Assembly: GCA_950097015.1 (NCBI GenBank)
Contig: CATNEN010000039.1
Coordinates: 12,648,001 to 12,712,000 of the forward strand
Origin: Macrostomum hystrix
Lineage: Eukaryota > Animalia > Platyhelminthes
Direction: 5' to 3'
Length of the DNA stretch: 64,000 nt
Shown: positions 38,701 to 53,084 of the stretch, in pieces
How positions within the stretch are numbered: position 1 is the stretch's first letter
How the letters are laid out: the number at the start of each line of letters is the position of its first letter
Translations under genes and position numbers: made by a program
Notes under the pieces: model-generated
Databases searched by the model: none
Told to the model about the DNA's origin: nothing
What the model saw: the letters and a program-made list of their open reading frames with translations, nothing else

Positions 38701-41700
38701 ACCAATATTACAATATACTCGACTGAATTGAGTATATATGCCAGTTTGGCCGCTTCCAGCCAGTGGCAACGGCCATACCACGTTGAAAACACCGGTTCTC
38801 GTCCGATCACCGAAGTTAAGCAACGTTGGGTTTGGTTAGTACTTGGATGGGTGACCGCCTGGGAATACCAAATGCTGTTGTCTTTTTTGCCTTTCTACCA
38901 TGCAATTAACTAAAACCACAGACAGCACAGGTCTGGCCTGGCCTAGCCGGGCCTCATTATTCAATTAAATAAATTGCGTCGGTTTTATTACAATTTACAT
39001 TTTACACCAACTGCGAGACTGCATTATGCAATCATTCTCAATCTACATCTATAGATGTAAAAAATGCACAACAGCATCGATTGATCGATACCTGAGCGAG
39101 CCAGCTTATACTAATTTGGTTGCAGTTTGATCTAAATTTCTCTGTTGATCTTGGCTTTTTCCAAACATATCGGCCTGCAAGTACAAAATTACTAGGTGCA
39201 TAATTTTTGCATGCTCTCCCCGGCATCGAGTACTTGCAGTAAGGTACCCTTGGCCGATACTAAAATGCCTTCGGGACGCCCTAGCTAAAACAATAGTTAA
39301 TTGGCGAGGCGAAATTTGATTATCGAACCTTTGCCGAATTCAGTCGGTCTCTTACTGCGAAGACTCTCTTTTTTGCATGGTAAGACACCGTGCGGATCCA
39401 ATTGAGCGATCTGCTGTATTTTTGACAAGCCGCACCCAGACTGCGGCTGCCTAATAAAACTAATAAAATACAAAAGCTAGTGGTGCCTGCCGTAGAAAAG
39501 TACACAAATTTGCAAACTTGATAAAGCAATTCGCTGCATGATTACTCTTTCATTGGTTGCTTGCAATTCTTATAGTTGCCAATCAAAAATATATTGTTTT
39601 CAAAGATTGACTGATTGATTTGTCCAACCAATATTACAATATACTCGACTGAATTGAGTATATATGCCAGTTTGGCCGCTTCCAGCCAGTGGCAACGGCC
39701 ATACCACGTTGAAAACACCGGTTCTCGTCCGATCACCGAAGTTAAGCAACGTTGGGTTTGGTTAGTACTTGGATGGGTGACCGCCTGGGAATACCAAATG
39801 CTGTTGTCTTTTTTGCCTTTTCTACCATGCAATTAACTAAAACCACAGACAGCACAGGTCTGGCCTGGCCTAGCCGGGCCTCATTATTCAATTAAATAAA
39901 TTGCGTCGGTTTTATTACAATTTACATTTTACACCAACCGCGAGACTGCATTATGCAATCATTCTCAATCTACATCTATAGATGTAAAAAATGCACAACA
40001 GCATCGATTGATCGATACCTGAGCGAGCCAGCTTATACTAATTTGGTTGCAGTTTGATCTAAATTTCTCTGTTGATCTTGGCTTTTTCCAAACATATCGG
40101 CCTGCAAGTACAAAATTACTAGGTGCATAATTTTTGCCTGCTCTCCCCGGCATCGAGTACTTGCAGTAAGGTAACCTTGGCCGATACTAAAATGCCTTCG
40201 GGACGCCCTAGCTAAAACAATAGTTAATTGGCGAGGCGAAATTTGATTATCGAACCTTTGCCGAATTCAGTCGGTCTCTTACTGCGAAGACTCTCTTTTT
40301 TGCATGGTAAGACACCGTGCGGATCCAATTGAGCGATCTGCTGTATTTTTGACAAGCCGCACCCAGACTCCGGCTGCCTAATAAAACTAATAAAATACAA
40401 AAGCTAGTGGTGCCTGCCGTAGAAAAGTACACAAATTTGCAAACTTGATAAAGCAATTCGCTGCATGATTACTCTTTCATTGGTTGCTTGCAATTCTTAT
40501 AGTTGCCAATCAAAAATATATTGTTTTCAAAGATTGACTGATTGATTTGTCCAACCAATATTACAATATACTCGACTGAATTGAGTATATATGCCAGTTT
40601 GGCCGCTTCCAGCCAGTGGCAACGGCCATACCACGTTGAAAACACCGGTTCTCGTCCGATCACCGAAGTTAAGCAACGTTGGGTTTGGTTAGTACTTGGA
40701 TGGGTGACCGCCTGGGAATACCAAATGCTGTTGTCTTTTTTGCCTTTTCTACCATGCAATTAACTAAAACCACAGACAGCACAGGTCTGGCCTGGCCTAG
40801 CCGGGCCTCATTATTCAATTAAATAAATTGCGTCGGTTTTATTACAATTTACATTTTACACCAACCGCGAGACTGCATTATGCAATCATTCTCAATCTAC
40901 ATCTATAGATGTAAAAAATGCACAACAGCATCGATTGATCGATACCTGAGCGAGCCAGCTTATACTAATTTGGTTGCAGTTTGATCTAAATTTCTCTGTT
41001 GATCTTGGCTTTTTCCAAACATATCGGCCTGCAAGTACAAAATTACTAGGTGCATAATTTTTGCCTGCTCTCCCCGGCATCGAGTACTTGCAGTAAGGTA
41101 ACCTTGGCCGATACTAAAATGCCTTCGGGACGCCCTAGCTAAAACAATAGTTAATTGGCGAGGCGAAATTTGATTATCGAACCTTTGCCGAATTCAGTCG
41201 GTCTCTTACTGCGAAGACTCTCTTTTTTGCATGGTAAGACACCGTGCGGATCCAATTGAGCGATCTGCTGTATTTTTGACAAGCCGCACCCAGACTCCGG
41301 CTGCCTAATAAAACTAATAAAATACAAAAGCTAGTGGTGCCTGCCGTAGAAAAGTACACAAATTTGCAAACTTGATAAAGCAATTCGCTGCATGATTACT
41401 CTTTCATTGGTTGCTTGCAATTCTTATAGTTGCCAATCAAAAATATATTGTTTTCAAAGATTGACTGATTGATTTGTCCAACCAATATTACAATATACTC
41501 GACTGAATTGAGTATATATGCCAGTTTGGCCGCTTCCAGCCAGTGGCAACGGCCATACCACGTTGAAAACACCGGTTCTCGTCCGATCACCGAAGTTAAG
41601 CAACGTTGGGTTTGGTTAGTACTTGGATGGGTGACCGCCTGGGAATACCAAATGCTGTTGTCTTTTTTGCCTTTTCTACCATGCAATTAACTAAAACCAC

Positions 41701-44700
41701 AGACAGCACAGGTCTGGCCTGGCCTAGCCGGGCCTCATTATTCAATTAAATAAATTGCGTCGGTTTTATTACAATTTACATTTTACACCAACCGCGAGAC
41801 TGCATTATGCAATCATTCTCAATCTACATCTATAGATGTAAAAAATGCACAACAGCATCGATTGATCGATACCTGAGCGAGCCAGCTTATACTAATTTGG
41901 TTGCAGTTTGATCTAAATTTCTCTGTTGATCTTGGCTTTTTCCAAACATATCGGCCTGCAAGTACAAAATTACTAGGTGCATAATTTTTGCCTGCTCTCC
42001 CCGGCATCGAGTACTTGCAGTAAGGTAACCTTGGCCGATACTAAAATGCCTTCGGGACGCCCTAGCTAAAACAATAGTTAATTGGCGAGGCGAAATTTGA
42101 TTATCGAACCTTTGCCGAATTCAGTCGGTCTCTTACTGCGAAGACTCTCTTTTTTGCATGGTAAGACACCGTGCGGATCCAATTGAGCGATCTGCTGTAT
42201 TTTTGACAAGCCGCACCCAGACTGCGGCTGCCTAATAAAACTAATAAAATACAAAAGCTAGTGGTGCCTGCCGTAGAAAAGTACACAAATTTGCAAACTT
42301 GATAAAGCAATTCGCTGCATGATTACTCTTTCATTGGTTGCTTGCAATTCTTATAGTTGCCAATCAAAAATATATTGTTTTCAAAGATTGACTGATTGAT
42401 TTGTCCAACCAATATTACAATATACTCGACTGAATTGAGTATATATGCCAGTTTGGCCGCTTCCAGCCAGTGGCAACGGCCATACCACGTTGAAAACACC
42501 GGTTCTCGTCCGATCACCGAAGTTAAGCAACGTTGGGTTTGGTTAGTACTTGGATGGGTGACCGCCTGGGAATACCAAATGCTGTTGTCTTTTTTGCCTT
42601 TTCTACCATGCAATTAACTAAAACCACAGACAGCACAGGTCTGGCCTGGCCTAGCCGGGCCTCATTATTCAATTAAATAAATTGCGTCGGTTTTATTACA
42701 ATTTACATTTTACACCAACTGCGAGACTGCATTATGCAATCATTCTCAATCTACATCTATAGATGTAAAAAATGCACAACAGCATCGATTGATCGATACC
42801 TGAGCGAGCCAGCTTATACTAATTTGGTTGCAGTTTGATCTAAATTTCTCTGTTGATCTTGGCTTTTTCCAAACATATCGGCCTGCAAGTACAAAATTAC
42901 TAGGTGCATAATTTTTGCCTGCTCTCCCCGGCATCGAGTACTTGCAGTAAGGTACCCTTGGCCGATACTAAAATGCCTTCGGGACGCCCTAGCTAAAACA
43001 ATAGTTAATTGGCGAGGCGAAATTTGATTATCGAACCTTTGCCGAATTCAGTCGGTCTCTTACTGCGAAGACTCTCTTTTTTGCATGGTAAGACACCGTG
43101 CGGATCCAATTGAGCGATCTGCTGTATTTTTGACAAGCCGCACCCAGACTGCGGCTGCCTAATAAAACTAATAAAATACAAAAGCTAGTGGTGCCTGCCG
43201 TAGAAAAGTACACAAATTTGCAAACTTGATAAAGCAATTCGCTGCATGATTACTCTTTCATTGGTTGCTTGCAATTCTTATAGTTGCCAATCAAAAATAT
43301 ATTGTTTTCAAAGATTGACTGATTGATTTGTCCAACCAATATTACAATATACTCGACTGAATTGAGTATATATGCCAGTTTGGCCGCTTCCAGCCAGTGG
43401 CAACGGCCATACCACGTTGAAAACACCGGTTCTCGTCCGATCACCGAAGTTAAGCAACGTTGGGTTTGGTTAGTACTTGGATGGGTGACCGCCTGGGAAT
43501 ACCAAATGCTGTTGTCTTTTTTGCCTTTCTACCATGCAATTAACTAAAACCACAGACAGCACAGGTCTGGCCTGGCCTAGCCGGGCCTCATTATTCAATT
43601 AAATAAATTGCGTCGGTTTTATTACAATTTACATTTTACACCAACTGCGAGACTGCATTATGCAATCATTCTCAATCTACATCTATAGATGTAAAAAATG
43701 CACAACAGCATCGATTGATCGATACCTGAGCGAGCCAGCTTATACTAATTTGGTTGCAGTTTGATCTAAATTTCTCTGTTGATCTTGGCTTTTTCCAAAC
43801 ATATCGGCCTGCAAGTACAAAATTACTAGGTGCATAATTTTTGCCTGCTCTCCCCGGCATCGAGTACTTGCAGTAAGGTACCCTTGGCCGATACTAAAAT
43901 GCCTTCGGGACGCCCTAGCTAAAACAATAGTTAATTGGCGAGGCGAAATTTGATTATCGAACCTTTGCCGAATTCAGTCGGTCTCTTACTGCGAAGACTC
44001 TCTTTTTTGCATGGTAAGACACCGTGCGGATCCAATTGAGCGATCTGCTGTATTTTTGACAAGCCGCACCCAGACTGCGGCTGCCTAATAAAACTAATAA
44101 AATACAAAAGCTAGTGGTGCCTGCCGTAGAAAAGTACACAAATTTGCAAACTTGATAAAGCAATTCGCTGCATGATTACTCTTTCATTGGTTGCTTGCAA
44201 TTCTTATAGTTGCCAATCAAAAATATATTGTTTTCAAAGATTGACTGATTGATTTGTCCAACCAATATTACAATATACTCGACTGAATTGAGTATATATG
44301 CCAGTTTGGCCGCTTCCAGCCAGTGGCAACGGCCATACCACGTTGAAAACACCGGTTCTCGTCCGATCACCGAAGTTAAGCAACGTTGGGTTTGGTTAGT
44401 ACTTGGATGGGTGACCGCCTGGGAATACCAAATGCTGTTGTCTTTTTTGCCTTTTCTACCATGCAATTAACTAAAACCACAGACAGCACAGGTCTGGCCT
44501 GGCCTAGCCGGGCCTCATTATTCAATTAAATAAATTGCGTCGGTTTTATTACAATTTACATTTTACACCAACTGCGAGACTGCATTATGCAATCATTCTC
44601 AATCTACATCTATAGATGTAAAAAATGCACAACAGCATCGATTGATCGATACCTGAGCGAGCCAGCTTATACTAATTTGGTTGCAGTTTGATCTAAATTT

Positions 44701-46863
44701 CTCTGTTGATCTTGGCTTTTTCCAAACATATCGGCCTGCAAGTACAAAATTACTAGGTGCATAATTTTTGCCTGCTCTCCCCGGCATCGAGTACTTGCAG
44801 TAAGGTACCCTTGGCCGATACTAAAATGCCTTCGGGACGCCCTAGCTAAAACAATAGTTAATTGGCGAGGCGAAATTTGATTATCGAACCTTTGCCGAAT
44901 TCAGTCGGTCTCTTACTGCGAAGACTCTCTTTTTTGCATGGTAAGACACCGTGCGGATCCAATTGAGCGATCTGCTGTATTTTTGACAAGCCGCACCCAG
45001 ACTGCGGCTGCCTAATAAAACTAATAAAATACAAAAGCTAGTGGTGCCTGCCGTAGAAAAGTACACAAATTTGCAAACTTGATAAAGCAATTCGCTGCAT
45101 GATTACTCTTTCATTGGTTGCTTGCAATTCTTATAGTTGCCAATCAAAAATATATTGTTTTCAAAGATTGACTGATTGATTTGTCCAACCAATATTACAA
45201 TATACTCGACTGAATTGAGTATATATGCCAGTTTGGCCGCTTCCAGCCAGTGGCAACGGCCATACCACGTTGAAAACACCGGTTCTCGTCCGATCACCGA
45301 AGTTAAGCAACGTTGGGTTTGGTTAGTACTTGGATGGGTGACCGCCTGGGAATACCAAATGCTGTTGTCTTTTTTGCCTTTTCTACCATGCAATTAACTA
45401 AAACCACAGACAGCACAGGTCTGGCCTGGCCTAGCCGGGCCTCATTATTCAATTAAATAAATTGCGTCGGTTTTATTACAATTTACATTTTACACCAACT
45501 GCGAGACTGCATTATGCAATCATTCTCAATCTACATCTATAGATGTAAAAAATGCACAACAGCATCGATTGATCGATACCTGAGCGAGCCAGCTTATACT
45601 AATTTGGTTGCAGTTTGATCTAAATTTCTCTGTTGATCTTGGCTTTTTCCAAACATATCGGCCTGCAAGTACAAAATTACTAGGTGCATAATTTTTGCCT
45701 GCTCTCCCCGGCATCGAGTACTTGCAGTAAGGTACCCTTGGCCGATACTAAAATGCCTTCGGGACGCCCTAGCTAAAACAATAGTTAATTGGCGAGGCGA
45801 AATTTGATTATCGAACCTTTGCCGAATTCAGTCGGTCTCTTACTGCGAAGACTCTCTTTTTTGCATGGTAAGACACCGTGCGGATCCAATTGAGCGATCT
45901 GCTGTATTTTTGACAAGCCGCACCCAGACTGCGGCTGCCTAATAAAACTAATAAAATACAAAAGCTAGTGGTGCCTGCCGTAGAAAAGTACACAAATTTG
46001 CAAACTTGATAAAGCAATTCGCTGCATGATTACTCTTTCATTGGTTGCTTGCAATTCTTATAGTTGCCAATCAAAAATATATTGTTTTCAAAGATTGACT
46101 GATTGATTTGTCCAACCAATATTACAATATACTCGACTGAATTGAGTATATATGCCAGTTTGGCCGCTTCCAGCCAGTGGCAACGGCCATACCACGTTGA
46201 AAACACCGGTTCTCGTCCGATCACCGAAGTTAAGCAACGTTGGGTTTGGTTAGTACTTGGATGGGTGACCGCCTGGGAATACCAAATGCTGTTGTCTTTT
46301 TTGCCTTTTCTACCATGCAATTAACTAAAACCACAGACAGCACAGGTCTGGCCTGGCCTAGCCGGGCCTCATTATTCAATTAAATAAATTGCGTCGGTTT
46401 TATTACAATTTACATTTTACACCAACTGCGAGACTGCATTATGCAATCATTCTCAATCTACATCTATAGATGTAAAAAATGCACAACAGCATCGATTGAT
46501 CGATACCTGAGCGAGCCAGCTTATACTAATTTGGTTGCAGTTTGATCTAAATTTCTCTGTTGATCTTGGCTTTTTCCAAACATATCGGCCTGCAAGTACA
46601 AAATTACTAGGTGCATAATTTTTGCCTGCTCTCCCCGGCATCGAGTACTTGCAGTAAGGTAACCTTGGCCGATACTAAAATGCCTTCGGGACGCCCTAGC
46701 TAAAACAATAGTTAATTGGCGAGGCGAAATTTGATTATCGAACCTTTGCCGAATTCAGTCGGTCTCTTACTGCGAAGACTCTCTTTTTTGCATGGTAAGA
46801 CACCGTGCGGATCCAATTGAGCGATCTGCTGTATTTTTGACAAGCCGCACCCAGACTGCGGCT
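20799..46863 (+). ncRNA. SL: SL RNA genes, 29 further copies in the left block (each ~116 nt)
   Basis: Starts at 20799, 21725, 22652, 23578, 24505, 25432, 26359, 27285, 28212, 29138, 30065, 30992, 31919, 32846, 33772, 34699, 35626, 36553, 37480, 38407, 39333, 40260, 41187, 42114, 43041, 43967, 44894, 45821, 46748. Confidence 0.88.
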
Positions 46864-47496
46864 GCCTAATAAAACTAATAAAATACAAAAGCTAGTGGTG
46901 CCTGCCGTAGAAAAGTACACAAATTTGCAAACTTGATAAAGCAATTCGCTGCATGATTACTCTTTCATTGGTTGCTTGCAATTCTTATAGTTGCCAATCA
47001 AAAATATATTGTTTTCAAAGATTGACTGATTGATTTGTCCAACCAATATTACAATATACTCGACTGAATTGAGTATATATGCCAGTTTGGCCGCTTCCAG
47101 CCAGTGGCAACGGCCATACCACGTTGAAAACACCGGTTCTCGTCCGATCACCGAAGTTAAGCAACGTTGGGTTTGGTTAGTACTTGGATGGGTGACCGCC
47201 TGGGAATACCAAATGCTGTTGTCTTTTTTGCCTTTTCTACCATGCAATTAACTAAAACCACAGACAGCACAGGTCTGGCCTGGCCTAGCCGGGCCTCATT
47301 ATTCAATTAAATAAATTGCGTCGGTTTTATTACAATTTACATTTTACACCAACTGCGAGACTGCATTATGCAATCATTCTCAATCTACATCTATAGATGT
47401 AAACTAGCAAGTTTTTGCCCCCCTTCGGGGAGCAGAAATATTTTTAATTCGTCTATTATATACTTTTTAGCAGCTGAATTTACAGCTTTTTAATTC

Positions 47497-49890
47497 TACA
47501 TTGATCCCTCAGTTGACAATGATCCCCCAGTTAGCAATGATCCCGCAGTCGACAATGATTCCCCAGTTGACAATGATCCCCCAGTTGATGATGACTCCCC
47601 ATCGATGATGACCCCCAGTTGACAATGTTCCCCCAGTTGACAATGATCCCTCAGTTGACAATGATCCCCCAGTTTACAATGATCCCACAGTTGACAATGA
47701 TCCCCCAGTTGACAATAATCCCCCAGTTGACAATGATCCCCCAGCTGACAATGATACCCAGTTGACAATGATCCCACAGTCGACAATGATCCCCCAGTTG
47801 ACAATGATACCCCAGTTGATGATGATCCCCCAGTTGACAATGATCCCCCAGTTGACAATGATCCCCCAGTTTACAATGATCGCACAGTTGACAATGATCC
47901 CCCAGTTGACAATGATACCCCAGTTTACAATGATCACCCAGCTGACAATGCTACCCAGTTGACAATGATCCCCCAGTTGATGATGATCCCCCAGTTGACA
48001 ATAATCCCCCAGTTGACAATGATCCCCCAGTTGACAATGATTCCCCAGTCGACAATGATTCCCCAGTTGACAATGATCCCCCAATTAATGATGATCACCC
48101 AGTTGACAATGATCCCCCAGTTTACAATGATCCCACAGTTGACAATGATCCCCCAGTTGACAATGATCCCCCAGTTGACAATGATCCCCAAGATGACAAT
48201 GATCTCCCAGTTGATGATGACTCCCTATTGATGAAGATCCCCAGTTGACAATGTTCCCCCAGTTGACAATGATCCCCCAGTTGACAATGATCCCCAAGAT
48301 GACAATGATCTCCCAGTTGATCATGACTCCCCATTGATGAAGATCCCCAGTTGACAATGTTCCCCCAGTTGACAATGATCCCCAGTTTACAATGATCCCC
48401 CAGTTGACAATGATCCCCAGTTGACAATGATACCCCAGTTGATGATGATCCCCCAGTTGACAATGATTCCCCAGTTAGCAATGATCCCGCAGTCGACAAT
48501 AATTCCCCAGTTAGCAATGATCCCGCAGTCGACAATGATTCCCCAGTTGACAATGATCCCCCAGTTGATCATGACTCCCCATTGATGATGACCCCCAGTT
48601 GACAATGTTCCCCCAGTTGACAATGATGCCCCAGTTGACAATGATCCCCCAGTTTACAATGATCCCACAGTTGACAATGATCCCCCAGTTGACAATGATC
48701 CCCCAGTTGACAATGATCCCCCAGTTGACAATGATCCCCCAGTTGACAATGATCCCCAAGATGACAATGATCTCCCAGTTGATCATGACTCCCCATTGAT
48801 GAAGATCCCCAGTTGACAATGTTCCCCCAGTTGACAATGATCCCCAGTTTACAATGATCCGCCAGTTGACAATGATCCCCAGTTGACAATGATACCCCAG
48901 TTGATGATGATCCCCCAGTTGACAATGATTCCCCAGTTAGCAATGATCCCGCAGTCGACAATAATTCCCCAGTTAGCAATGATCCCGCAGTCGACAATGA
49001 TTCCCCAGTTGACAATGATCCCCCAGTTGATCATGACTCCCCATTGATGATGACCCCCAGTTGACAATGTTCCCCCAGTTGACAATGATGCCCCAGTTGA
49101 CAATGATCCCCCAGTTTACAATGATCCCACAGTTGACAATGATCCCCCAGTTGACAATGATCCCCCAGTTGACAATGATCCCCCAGCTGACAATGATACC
49201 CAGTTGACAATGATCCCACAGTCGACAATGATCCCCCAGTTGACAATGATACCCCAGTTGATGATGATCCCCCAGTTGACAATGATCCCCCCGTTGACAA
49301 TGATCCCCCAGTTGACAATGATTCCCCAGTCGACAATGATTCCCCAGTTGACAATGATCCCCCAATTGATGATGATCACCCAGTTGACAATGATCCCCCA
49401 GTTGATGATGACTCCCCATTGTTGAAGATCCCCAGATGACAATGTTACTCCAGTTGACAATGATCCCCAGTTGATGATGATCCCCCAGTTGACAATGATC
49501 CCCCAGTTCACAATGATCCCCCAGTTGACAAAGATCCCCCAGTTCACAATGATCCCCCAGTTGATGATGATCCCCCAGTTGATGATGATCCCCAGTTGAT
49601 GATGATTCCCCAGTTGACAATTATCCCCCAGTTGACCATTACCCCCCCAGTTGACAATGATCCCCCAGTTCACAATGATCCCCCAGTTGACAATGATCCC
49701 CCAGTTGACAATGAACCCCCAGTTGACAATGAACCCCCAGTTGACAAAGATCCCCAGTTGACAATGATCCCCCATTTGACAATCATCCCCCAGTTGACAA
49801 TGATCCCACAGTTGACAATGATCCCCCAGTTGAGAATGATCCCCAAGTTGACCATGATCCCCATTTTGATGATGACTCCCCAGTTGACGT
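47497..49890. repeat. 18-bp minisatellite (CCCCCAGTTGACAATGAT) inside Helitron A
   Basis: Tandem periodicity with higher-order duplicated blocks. Confidence 0.95.
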
Positions 49891-49909
49891 TGATTTTTCA
49901 AACGCTGGG

Positions 49910-52412
49910 TTAGCCAAGATTCAAACTCAGGTTCCGCCATGTGGGCTATGATTCAAACTCTCGTTTTACCATGATTCAAACTCTAATTTAGCCATGATTC
50001 AAACTCTGGTTTAGCCATGATTCAGACGCTGTGATGATTTAAAGTCTGCTTTAGCCATGATTCAAACTCTGTTTTAGCCATGATTTAAACTCTGGTGTAG
50101 CCATGATTCAAACTCTGATTTCGCCTTGATTCAAACTCTGGTTAAGCCATGATTCAGACTCTAGGTTAGCCATGATTCAGACTCTGGTTTAGCCATGATT
50201 CAAACTCTGCTTTAGCCATGATTCAGACGCTGGTTTAGCCATGATTCAGACTCTGGTTTAGCCATGATTCAGACGCTGGTTTAGCCATGATTTAAGCTCT
50301 GGTTTAGCCATGATTCAAACTCTGGTTTAGCCGTGATTCAAACTCTGGTTTAGCCATGATTCAAACTCTGGTTTAGCCATGATTCAGACGCTGTGATGAT
50401 TTAAAGTCTGCTTTAGCCATGATTCAAACTCTGTTTTAGCCATGATTTAAACTCTGGTGTAGCCATGATTCAAACTCTGATTTCGCCTTGATTCAAACTC
50501 TGGTTAAGCCATGATTCAGACTCTAGGTTAGCCATGATTCAGACTCTGGTTTAGCCATGATTCAAACTCTGGTTTAGCCATGATTCAGACTCTGGTTTAG
50601 CCATGATTCAAACTCTGCTTTAGCCATGATTCAGACGCTGGTTTAGCCATGATTCAGACTCTGGTTTAGCCATGATTCAGACGCTGGTTTAGCCATGATT
50701 TAAGCTCTGGTTTAGCCATGATTCAAACTCTGGTTTAGCCGTGATTCAAACTCTGGTTTAGCCATGATTCAAACTCTGGTTTAGCCATGATTCAGACGCT
50801 GTGATGATTTAAAGTCTGCTTTAGCCATGATTCAAACTCTGTTTTAGCCATGATTTAAACTCTGGTGTAGCCATGATTCAAACTCTGATTTCGCCTTGAT
50901 TCAAACTCTGGTTAAGCCATGATTCAGACTCTAGGTTAGCCATGATTCAGACTCTGGTTTAGCCATGATTCAAACTCTGCTTTAGCCATGATTCAGACGC
51001 TGGTTTAGCCATGATTCAGACTCTGGTTTAGCCATGATTCAGACGCTGGTTTAGCCATGATTTAAGCTCTGGTTAAGCCATGATTCAAACTCTGGTTTAG
51101 CCGTGATTCAAACTCTGGTTTAGCCATGATTCAAACTCTGGTTTAGCCATGATTAAACGCTGGTTTAGAATGATTCAAACTCTGGTTTAGCCATGATTCA
51201 AACTCTGGTTTAGCAATGATTCAGACTCTGGTTTAGCCATGATTCAGACTCCAGTTTTGCCATGATTCAGACTCTGGTTTAGCCATGATTTAAATTCTGG
51301 TTTAGCCATGATTTAAATTCTGGTTAAGCCATGATTCAGACTCTGGTTTAGCCATGATTCAGACGCTGGTTTAGCCATGATTCAGACTCTGGTTTAGCCA
51401 TGATTCAAACTCTGGTTTAGCCATGATTCAAACTCTGGTTAAGCCATGATTCAGACTCTGGTTTAGCCATGATTCAAACTCTGGTTTAGCCATGATTCAA
51501 ACTCTGGTTTAGCCATGATTCAAACTCTGGTTTAGCCATGATTCAAACTCTGGTTTAGCCATGATTCAGACTCTGGTTTAGCCATGATTCAAACTCTGCT
51601 TTAGCCATGATTCAGACGCTGGTTTAGCCATGATTCAGACTCTGGTTTAGCCATGATTCAGACGCTGGTTTAGCCATGATTTAAGCTCTGGTTTAGCCAT
51701 GATTCAAACTCTGGTTTAGCCGTGATTCAAACTCTGGTTTAGCCATGATTCAAACTCTGGTTTAGCCATGATTAAACGCTGGTTTAGAATGATTCAAACT
51801 CTGGTTTAGCCATGATTCAAACTCTGGTTTAGCAATGATTCAGACTCTGGTTTAGCCATGATTCAGACTCCAGTTTTGCCATGATTCAGACTCTGGTTTA
51901 GCCATGATTTAAATTCTGGTTTAGCCATGATTTAAATTCTGGTTAAGCCATGATTCAGACTCTGGTTTAGCCATGATTCAAACTCTAGTTAAGCCATGAT
52001 TCAGACTCTGGTTTAGCCATGATTCAAACTCTGGTTTAGCCATGATTCAGACGCTGGTTTAGCCATGATTCAGACTCTGGTTTAGCCATGATTCAAACTC
52101 TGGTTTAGCCATGATTCAAACTCTGGTTAAGCCATGATTCAGACTCTGGTTTAGCCATGATTCAAACTCTGGTTTAGCCATGATTCAAACTCTGGTTTAG
52201 CCATGATTCAAACTCTGGTTTAGCCATGATTCAAACTCTGGTTTAGCCATGATTCAAACTCTGGTTTAGCCATGATTCAAACTCTGGTTTAGCCATGATT
52301 CAAACTCTGGTTTAGCAATGATTCAGACTCTGGTTTAGCCATGATTCAGACGCTGGTTTAGCCATGATTCAAGCTCTATTTTTGCCATGATTCAAATTCA
52401 GGTTTGCTATGA
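49910..52412. repeat. 23-bp minisatellite (GCCATGATTCAAACTCTGGTTTA) inside Helitron A
   Basis: Tandem periodicity with higher-order duplicated blocks. Confidence 0.95.
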
Positions 52413-52497
52413 TTTATGATATTTTATTTACGAAATGAAAAAAATAAATCAAAATAATCTTCAATCACTACTGGCTGAAAATTAGTCTAAATGATTT

Positions 52498-52568
52498 GAC
52501 GCAGTGCAGAATCGAACCCTAGCCTAGCCTAACTTATTCCTAGTGCCTAACACATCGGCTATTCCGAC
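52498..52568 (-). other. tRNA-like / Pol III promoter-like segment in Helitron A (second copy at 57133-57204)
   Basis: Minus strand GTCGGAATAGCCGATGTGTTAGGC...GGGTTCGATTCTGCACTGCGTC has A-box-like and B-box motifs but no proper acceptor stem. Confidence 0.5.
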
Positions 52569-53084
52569 TGTTGGTTAGTGGGTGCAGAAATCAGCCTTAT
52601 AAAATGAATTCTCAAAGTTCTGGCTTTGTACAATGAAGTAAGAAAATAGAGTACACTCAGTCTCGCGGTTGGTTGTGTACATTTATTTCCAATTTGTCTC
52701 CAGAGTGCAGGCTTCAAATTCAATCAGCTAGGGGTTGTTGCGCAATTTGACGATGCAATTCTAATTCAGTGGCAGTGAGTGGTTTGACCTTTGAAAAAGC
52801 ATGTTTTTCGAATATTTAATCCCCTTAGCAATAAAGTTAAGCTTAATAAAAATACGTGTATAATTGTCCCCATATTTGGCATCTTTTGGTGAAGAAATGG
52901 TGAAAATCGGTTGAGCCGTTCGGGAGAAAATCAATTACAAGCAAGCAAGCAAGCAAGCAAGCAACCAAGCATTTCATTTTTAGTATAGTGGACTAGCAAG
53001 TTTTGCCCCCCTTCGGGGAGCAGAAATACTTTTAATTCGTCTAGTATATACTTTTTAGCAGCTGAATTTACAGCTTTTTAAAGC

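Larger units (their letters stand above)
19303..47403 (+). rRNA. 5S: Tandem 5S rDNA / SL RNA array, left block (31 5S genes, 926-927-bp unit)
   Basis: 5S starts at 19303, 20230, 21157, 22083, 23010, 23936, 24863, 25790, 26717, 27643, 28570, 29496, 30423, 31350, 32277, 33204, 34130, 35057, 35984, 36911, 37838, 38765, 39691, 40618, 41545, 42472, 43399, 44325, 45252, 46179, 47106. Confidence 0.98.
47404..52992 (-). mobile_element. Non-autonomous Helitron, copy A
   Basis: Minus strand begins TCCACTATACTAAAAATG with a (TTGC)n microsatellite and ends in hairpin GCTCCCCGAAGGGGGGC + AAAAACTTGCTAG. No TSD. Confidence 0.85.
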
